This document shows positions 46,913 through 53,914 of a stretch of 53,914 nucleotides of DNA, in pieces. Origin of the DNA: Octopus bimaculoides (Eukaryota); NCBI RefSeq assembly GCF_001194135.2, contig NC_068984.1:41955349-42009262 (forward strand), written 5' to 3'. Both the position numbers and the translations under genes were made by a program. The notes below the pieces were generated by a model, which saw only the letters and a list, made by a program, of their open reading frames with translations, did not search any database and was not told the DNA's origin. The stretch's first letter is position 1. Every line of letters begins with the position of its first letter.

Positions 46913-47399
46913 ATGCAAAATTCTAGGCAGGTAAGAACAGGTAGGAATAATATTAAAGTTGATATTTGGGTAAATGAAGATCAGTATTACTTTGAAGGCG
47001 TCTCTAAATATATCGAGTAAATTTGAATATTATACTCAACGAAAGATGGTGCGTTGTAAGGAAGGCAGATTCAGAAAAAGATTTTTAATATTGCATTCAG
47101 CCAGCAGATTCGCTATTCGGTCTTGTTCCTGATTTATAGACTTTTTTTCATTCTTTTACTGATTTCACTCAGTGAACTGATGTTATTTTATCGTTACAAA
47201 CGTTACAAGCGAAAGTCAAGATGGATTTATTTAAAGGGTTATAATTCGGTTGGATCTAAATACTAAAGTCTCACGAAGCCCTATTTGTTCGATGCACCGC
47301 ATTTTCTGTTAATCATACTCTCTTATTTAGATATTAACGTATTTAACATATGTTTATGTGTGTGCGTTTGAATGTGCAGGTATGTATGTGTGTGTGTGT

Positions 47400-47458
<59 letters not shown>

Positions 47459-47749
47459 CTTACGAAATAACCAGACGGTTCAACTCTCGTTTCTATCTCG
47501 GAGGTTGTTTGCTCTTATACATCAAGTTTATATAGTTTATATATGTATAAGGTATAAGGGGTTGTTTGGGAAGATAGTGGGGTGAAATTAGGAGTAGAAG
47601 GAAAAAGTTAATTCGGAGAAGAAAGAGGAAAACTGGAAGGGGGGGGGGAATGAAGTGTACAAGAATGAGAAAAAGATGGAAAAGAAGGATATAAATAAGA
47701 AAACAAAGAAGGAGGAGCAGAATAATTCTGGGAAAGAGGGAGGAAACAA

Positions 47750-48080
47750 AAAGCATTGAAGATTCAGAAGCACCTTTGGGGAAATACTGATGAAGGTACT
47801 AAGTGGATACAGGTGATTATGAGTGGTCCGGGACATACGGAGGAGGCTGGGAGACGGGTGAGGGTGAGTAAGAGAAGTGGTCGAGGAGGTAGAGGCGAGC
47901 TGTACTATGTGTATGAAGGGGGAAATAGAGAGGGGACGAAGAGATAAGCCGGACCTTGGTGGAGGCGGAAATATTAATAAAAGCATAGAAGAAGGAAGAA
48001 TGGGGTTAACTGTTAACCTCCTGAGTGTTTTTAGAAGCAGCAGGGGGTCAAGGAAATAAGGGAGTAATGCAGCAACGGGT
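47750..48080 (-). mobile_element. Possible CR1/Jockey-group LINE 3' end
   Basis: Pyrimidine-rich minus strand; SRTTHNHLYPLSTFISISPK..LN resembles ARVNQYLHSFIP.T.KLWN. Confidence 0.35.
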
Positions 48081-50151
48081 AAGATGTGTTGAAAAGGGGC
48101 TGTTAAAGTTGACATAAATGACGTGCAAAAAATAATTAACGAGCAAAAATATAATTGATATACAAAAAAATAATTGATGCACAAAAGAGACAAAATAACT
48201 AATAATAGGGGATCCCACTCTCTTCTAAAATACCATTCTTCCCCACCCCTCGTAATTCCATTTTTCTTCCTCCCACTTTATTGATTTTCACTCGTTTATT
48301 TGAATTGACTGATCTCTAATCTCACATTATTGTTATTTTGTTGTTGTTATGTCATTGATGTTAATATTGTTATTATTGCTATTATGTCCTCTTATAGCCT
48401 GGGAGTGACTCAGCACATCGAGGACAGATACCGCAGCAATAATTCACTTTCGCACAGCTTGTGATTGCATTTAATGAATATGGCAATGTGAACCAGGTGA
48501 TATTGGGGAACCAGGTAATATTGAAAAGTAAATGCTTATGTGTCTGAATTGAGAAGTGGTGGCAGCTTCATACACATGACCTTAACATGTGATTTAAGTG
48601 CACTGCTAAAACAGTAGAACACAGTATTGGCTTATAAAAACGTTTAATATACTTTGTAACATATTGTATTTGCATAACGAAATACCGTGACCTTACAAGT
48701 CATTAATATTTACGTACCAGCTTCCAGGAATGTGTTTATTATGCAAATTGGTATATTACACCGCTATATGTTGTGGCTGTTTAAGCAATGAGTTTGTGGA
48801 TGATTAAGGAGTTAGATGGGTGCTGAGGAAGAAGCAAAAACTCCCAAAATATGACACATACGCCTATTACTCATTTTTTCATCTTCGAACTCATTGTTTG
48901 TTTACATCTGACGCCTCGGATACGAAACGCCGTAATAAAATCAGAGCTGGATATAATTTCTATAAACACCTGGAGAAATGACCTTAATACATGAAATGTT
49001 ATCAGTTTAAAATTACATACACAAGCACAAAACTGCTCTAACCAAAATTCATGCAGACACGTATGCGCGCATACACTGTGCGTTGAGGAGTAATGCAAAA
49101 TCATTAGAATCTATATTTTGGATTTTGGTATAAAGATTTTGTACTGTGTAAGGAGTTTTATACAGAGACGACGCTCTTTTAGTTTTTCATAATATTAATA
49201 TTAGCTTGATTTTTTAAACTTCTCATAAAATTATTTAGCGAATAGGTTTATGAATTACAATTGACACAAAATTTAACATTGTTATTTTGTTTGAGTTTTA
49301 TCTTAAATTAGTTTTATCTTAAATTTTACTCTTACTGAAACTTTACTGAAAGAGTATTTCAATTAAATAAGAAACATAATCATCCCCTCTAGTATTCTTT
49401 AATATTTAATCCATAATATTAGTAAACGCGTATCTCCATTATACTTAAATGAGGCTAGATTGACCAGAGCTTCTCGTTATTATAATGTAGCCTAGGCGGT
49501 GAGCTGGCAGAATCTTACTATAATGGGCGTTATGTCCGTCTGTCCGTCTCTTTATCTGTTCTCTCTTCACGGTCAGAACAATGGTTAAGAAATCAAACCA
49601 GTGTTATTCTTTAGTTGAACCTAAATACGATATGTATCTATGTACGTACCTATGCATGTATGTATGCATGTGTGAATGTAGGAAACACTTTTTCCAAGGT
49701 GCTACGCAGTGGGATAGAACCCAAGAACCACACTGTGTAAAGGAAACTTCTTAACCTTACAACCATGACTAGTTGTGAAGATAAATTCCTAGAAATAAAA
49801 TACAAGAGATAGAAATGCTTTCTAGATATTATAACATTAGTAAGCAAACACAATGCTTATATTTCTTAAACATTCATGACAATATAATTCATGATAATAT
49901 AACAATAAAAATTATTGTTTTATATTTCCTATAACATTTACAGTTGTTAGCAAAATAGTTTTGCTATTTATACATTATATAAAATAGTCAGTCATAGAAT
50001 GTCTTTGAATCCTTATATCCTGGTAATAAAGGAAAAAGTAAAACAAAGGTGATTGCGATCTAATGTCTGTTTACAAATATTTTTTTTTTTATGTGGGTGT
50101 AAAAATAATTCTGGAAAAGTATTTTGTCTAGATATTTTAGAATATTTTCTA

Positions 50152-50183
<32 letters not shown>

Positions 50184-50890
50184 AGAGATTTAATCTCATT
50201 TTATGTGTTAGAACGAATATATCTACTGATGAAGACTGTATATATTCGTTGGAGTAGATTTGAAAAGCGAAAAAAACCGATGCGATTCCCTGCAACATTC
50301 CCGGAATAAGTGGAAACGGGACTGAAACCGCGAACCGATCTTACATCTTGACCGACGTTGCTCATGATATTAGAATCATGATATTAGAATCAAAGATTGT
50401 TGGATTCTGTCGCATTATTTTCCTTTTAGTATCAGATGTGTTCATCGAGCATCTATTGCGATGTTTGGTGAATTATTCATTTGAGGAGTATATACGTTTT
50501 ATTAATATATATGCTCTACAAAAATGCAAGAATACTTTTCTGCATTTGCGATTTTTAATGAATTATTTTTCCTTTATGTTAGATTCATTTGTATGCGAAA
50601 GTAAATAATGCTTGTCGAAACTTATTACTTTCGTTCCAATAGTAATGCAATTTCATATAGAATTTGCAACAAGTCCTTCGAAATTTTTCTGACATCTGTC
50701 GTCATAAATGACGCATTTTTTTATGAAGTTTTATAAAAGCTTAATAAGGTTTTCTATATTGTTGAATCGTTCATTAAGAAACATTAAGAAGTCGTGCGAA
50801 GGCACATGCAGTCGTGTTTGTGTTCCTTTTAGTCTGTGTCTGAGCGTCCGTTGTTCGAGTTATTTTAAAGATGCTTCAATGGATTACTTA

Positions 50891-50896
50891 TTTATT
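50891..50896 (-). promoter_or_regulatory. Candidate AATAAA polyadenylation signal of the Slob/PXK-like gene
   Basis: AATAAA on the minus strand about 195 nt after the stop codon; others exist (for example 50498-50503). Confidence 0.3.
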
Positions 50897-51090
50897 TGTT
50901 TCTAATCCCAGTTGGCGTATGTATTTTTTGAATCTATTATAAACTCGTAGTAATTTTGTAGTTTGACACGCCCAAGAACAGACGGGTGCATGTGCACACG
51001 TCACGCGCACACGAACACATACAATTTTTGTTTCAGCAGTAAGTCTTTTGCTTCAACTTTTTACTTCTTGCAACCATTTCTAGACGCAAT

Positions 51091-51538
51091 CTAAAGTTTA
51101 GGACTACTCCTATCATTGACTTTTGTCTTTTTTAGTTTAGTTCCCTTTTCAATATCGCTCAGTAATACAGCACGATTGGGAGCAACCGTCTGAGATCGTT
51201 CTGAACCTGTTGTTGACTGTAATAGCGACGTTGGCAACGATGCTTGACGTTTAGGAACGACGTGACGTCCTGTTTCAGACGGCGAAGACTTCGATGGCAA
51301 TAATTGTCGTAAGGGTGACGGCAGTAGTGGTGGTGGTGGTGGTGGTGGAGTTGCTGGAGGAGCTTTATGTACAACTTCTATTGGAGGTGGAGTTTTAGGA
51401 GGTGGCGGTAAAGGTGACACAGGTGTAAATAGTTCTTCGGTTTGTGCCTGATTAGTTTGGAATTGCGGACTTTTCATGAACAAATCCATATTCGTGAGTG
51501 ATGAACGTTTTCGTTTTGTTTTCCTCCCAATGGACGAT
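51091..51538 (-). CDS. Terminal coding exon: proline-rich tract plus C-terminal WH2 domain (RAVLLSDIEKGTKLKKTKVNDRSSPKL*)
   Basis: Long pyrimidine tract with ccacag acceptor (phase 2), polyproline, WH2 motif L..I..G..LKK...NDRS.P, TAG at 51091-51093. Confidence 0.85.
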
Positions 51539-53212
51539 CTGTGGATGAAACAGAAGTAAATATATAAATAAACAAATAGCAATTAGATATAAACGTCCAA
51601 GGAAATATCATAAGCAACCATTATATATTTAGGCGCTCACAAGCAAAAGCCTATAACAGCTGTTTCGTATGTTTGTTTATAATCATGCTTGGATTTGCAA
51701 ATAGGTTCGTTTTGAACTGGAATAAAATACAACGTAATGCATAAAATTTGAAGAAGTTTCACAGTTAAACCGTGTATATATATATATATATATATATATA
51801 TNNNNNNNNNNNNNNNNNNNNNNNNNNNNNNNNNNNNNNNNNNNNNNNNNNNNNNNNNNNNNNNNNNNNNNNNNNNNNNNNNNNNNNNNNNNNNNNNNNN
51901 NNNNNNNNNNNNNNNNNNNNNNNNNNNNNNNNNNNNNNNNNNNNNNNNNNNNNNNNNNNNNNNNNNNNNNNNNNNNNNNNNNNNNNNNNNNNNNNNNNNN
52001 NNNNNNNNNNNNNNNNNNNNNNNNNNNNNNNNNNNNNNNNNNNNNNNNNNNNNNNNNNNNNNNNNNNNNNNNNNNNNNNNNNNNNNNNNNNNNNNNNNNN
52101 NNNNNNNNNNNNNNNNNNNNNNNNNNNNNNNNNNNNNNNNNNNNNNNNNNNNNNNNNNNNNNNNNNNNNNNNNNNNNNNNNNNNNNNNNNNNNNNNNNNN
52201 NNNNNNNNNNNNNNNNNNNNNNNNNNNNNNNNNNNNNNNNNNNNNNNNNNNNNNNNNNNNNNNTTATTACCTTCATTGCTACATGAATGATAATGAAATA
52301 TTATTTTGAAAAGATTTAAAAAACTTAAGATAATTAGAAGAGAAAAGCATATACAACAAATTGATAGCCATAAGAAAATATTTAGTAAAAGAAAATATAA
52401 GTGAATAAGGTTGTCTGAATCCTACATTATAATGAGTCCGGAGGTTATCCGGCTCTCAGACGTTTAAGCTACAGAGAGTAGGATACCTTCGTTACCTTCA
52501 CCTGAACTGCGCGCTAATCCGTCACAATTTTAACTCTTAGCTGTTGCTAGTACTCATTTTCAGCTAAGTGAATTAAAGTTACAGGAAATGAAGTGTCTTA
52601 CTCGAGTGTGCAACACATCGCCCGGTCTGAGAATCAAACTCATGATCATAAGACCAACACTCGACCACCTGCCCACGCGCCTTCACATAACTGAATAAGC
52701 TTAAATAAATAATACATCGTGTTTCGTGAAAGGTGTAACAGATTCATCACGCTTAGAAATATGATATAAACACTGATCAACTTTCCAATCAGGTCAATGA
52801 ATGACAACCTAATATTTAAGTGAACCTGTAACAAGGTTAGCTACATACAAATACAAAACGAATCAACCCACCAACACAGATTATCATTGTTAAATTCTTA
52901 AAGAAATGACAAAAACAAATTAACAAAAGTAAATGTTCGAACATCAGGTGAGGATTGACACTGCTATCCCTTCAACACCCAGCATAAGAATGGTAATTTG
53001 CTAAAGTAAGCTACATTTAAAGTCTTTCTGCACGTGTTCACCTCATACCTGTTATGGTTCCTTGGGTGTGACTGTTGCCAAGAAGTACCTGATACCCCGC
53101 AGGAGATACCTCGTCCTGTACACCTTACCCTTCGATATACTGTTAAATGCTATAATCGTTTGGAACATAAGAAAACAGGAAATTGGTATAAAGATTTATA
53201 ATAATGACTTAC

Positions 53213-53274
53213 TTTTGCGAAATTCCTTTGCGCAAAATTCGGAGATGTTCTTTGAGATTCTGCGGCAATGGTTC
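53213..53274 (-). CDS. Slob/PXK-like exon (EPLPQNLKEHLRILRKGISQ)
   Basis: gcatatttcag acceptor, AA|gtaagt donor, phase 0 to 2. Confidence 0.72.
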
Positions 53275-53574
53275 CTGAAATATGCACACAATTTATACAT
53301 TATATATATATATATATATATGAATAATTGTCACATATTATATTTACAGATAAATTCCTCTATTTACATAATATCGAGGTCTCTTTAATTCTTTTGTTGT
53401 CTTACCATTACTATCAATATATATATATATATGGGTTGATAGATAGATACGTACATACATAAATATATGTGTGGGTGTGCATGTGTGTGTGGGTGTTTAA
53501 TTTCACTACTGTTGGATGAGGCACAACACGTTTTAACTGTTTATACTCTCCACACTTTTTAATGATTCACTTAC

Positions 53575-53694
53575 TCGAGAAGGTCTGTAACCTTTTAAAG
53601 CCGGATGTGGAACTTCTCTGAAAAAAGATAGATTGGACAGTTCTTCTAATGTCGGGTACTGAGTAGATTTGTTGTTAAAAATGAAATCCAGCAC
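53575..53694 (-). CDS. Slob/PXK-family kinase-like protein, end of kinase-like domain (VLDFIFNNKSTQYPTLEELSNLSFFREVPHPALKGYRPSR)
   Basis: tcctcttttcag acceptor, CGA|gtaagt donor, phase 0 to 0. VL.FIF....P T.EE.....FF resembles the recalled end of the Slob/PXK kinase-like domain. Confidence 0.75.
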
Positions 53695-53914
53695 CTGAAA
53701 AGAGGAAAGAATAATTTCAATATCTTTAAGTTTATTCGTATCACAACTCTCCCTTTAAGTTTACGAAGCTAAAAAGAATTACTAACTTATCAGTCAACAC
53801 ACACATGTTCTCTCTCTCATTCACTCTTTCTCTGTCACCCCTATAGATATATAGATATATTTGAGTGTGTGTACGTAGTATGTATGTATGTATGTATGTA
53901 TGTATGTATGTATA

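Noticed and set aside
47588-48193. 201-aa minus-strand ORF
   Set aside because: Low-complexity pyrimidine-rich frame; better explained as a LINE 3' remnant.
53049-53149. Candidate exon HLTVYRRVRCTG... between the Slob/PXK-like exons
   Set aside because: Its open frame needs a phase-0 start, but the preceding exon ends in phase 2; 53213 splices in frame to 51538.

Overview
AT-rich, microsatellite-laden, gapped animal genomic DNA. The SINE families and repeat content suggest Octopus, which is an inference from remembered repeats. Two intron-rich genes lie in tandem on the minus strand. (1) A WDR64-family WD40 gene with 19 phase-compatible coding exons from 36857 down to 479 (2129 nt, about 709 codons) continues off the left edge. 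(2) The 3' end of a Slob/PXK-family kinase-like gene has 3 exons (53694 to 51091) and ends in a proline-rich tail with a C-terminal WH2 domain. Introns and the intergenic space hold tRNA-derived SINEs, fragments of RLE-type non-LTR retrotransposons (HERO-like, R4/Dong-like), CR1/L2-type fragments and Tc1/mariner fragments. The most unusual items are: two diverged copies of a single-ORF (ORF1/gag-like, no RT or EN) element with a shared C-terminal domain and 3' UTR; several fold-back elements, including one with a perfect (CCCTAA)n-(TTAGGG)n palindrome and one that is a head-to-head dimer of tRNA T-arms; hammerhead-core-like motifs; an intronic RFX X-box promoter-like module; and a cluster of AAG splice acceptors. 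No prokaryotic-type systems (CRISPR, operons) and no intact tRNA or rRNA genes were seen. Family names come from recalled consensus sequences, not from database searches.
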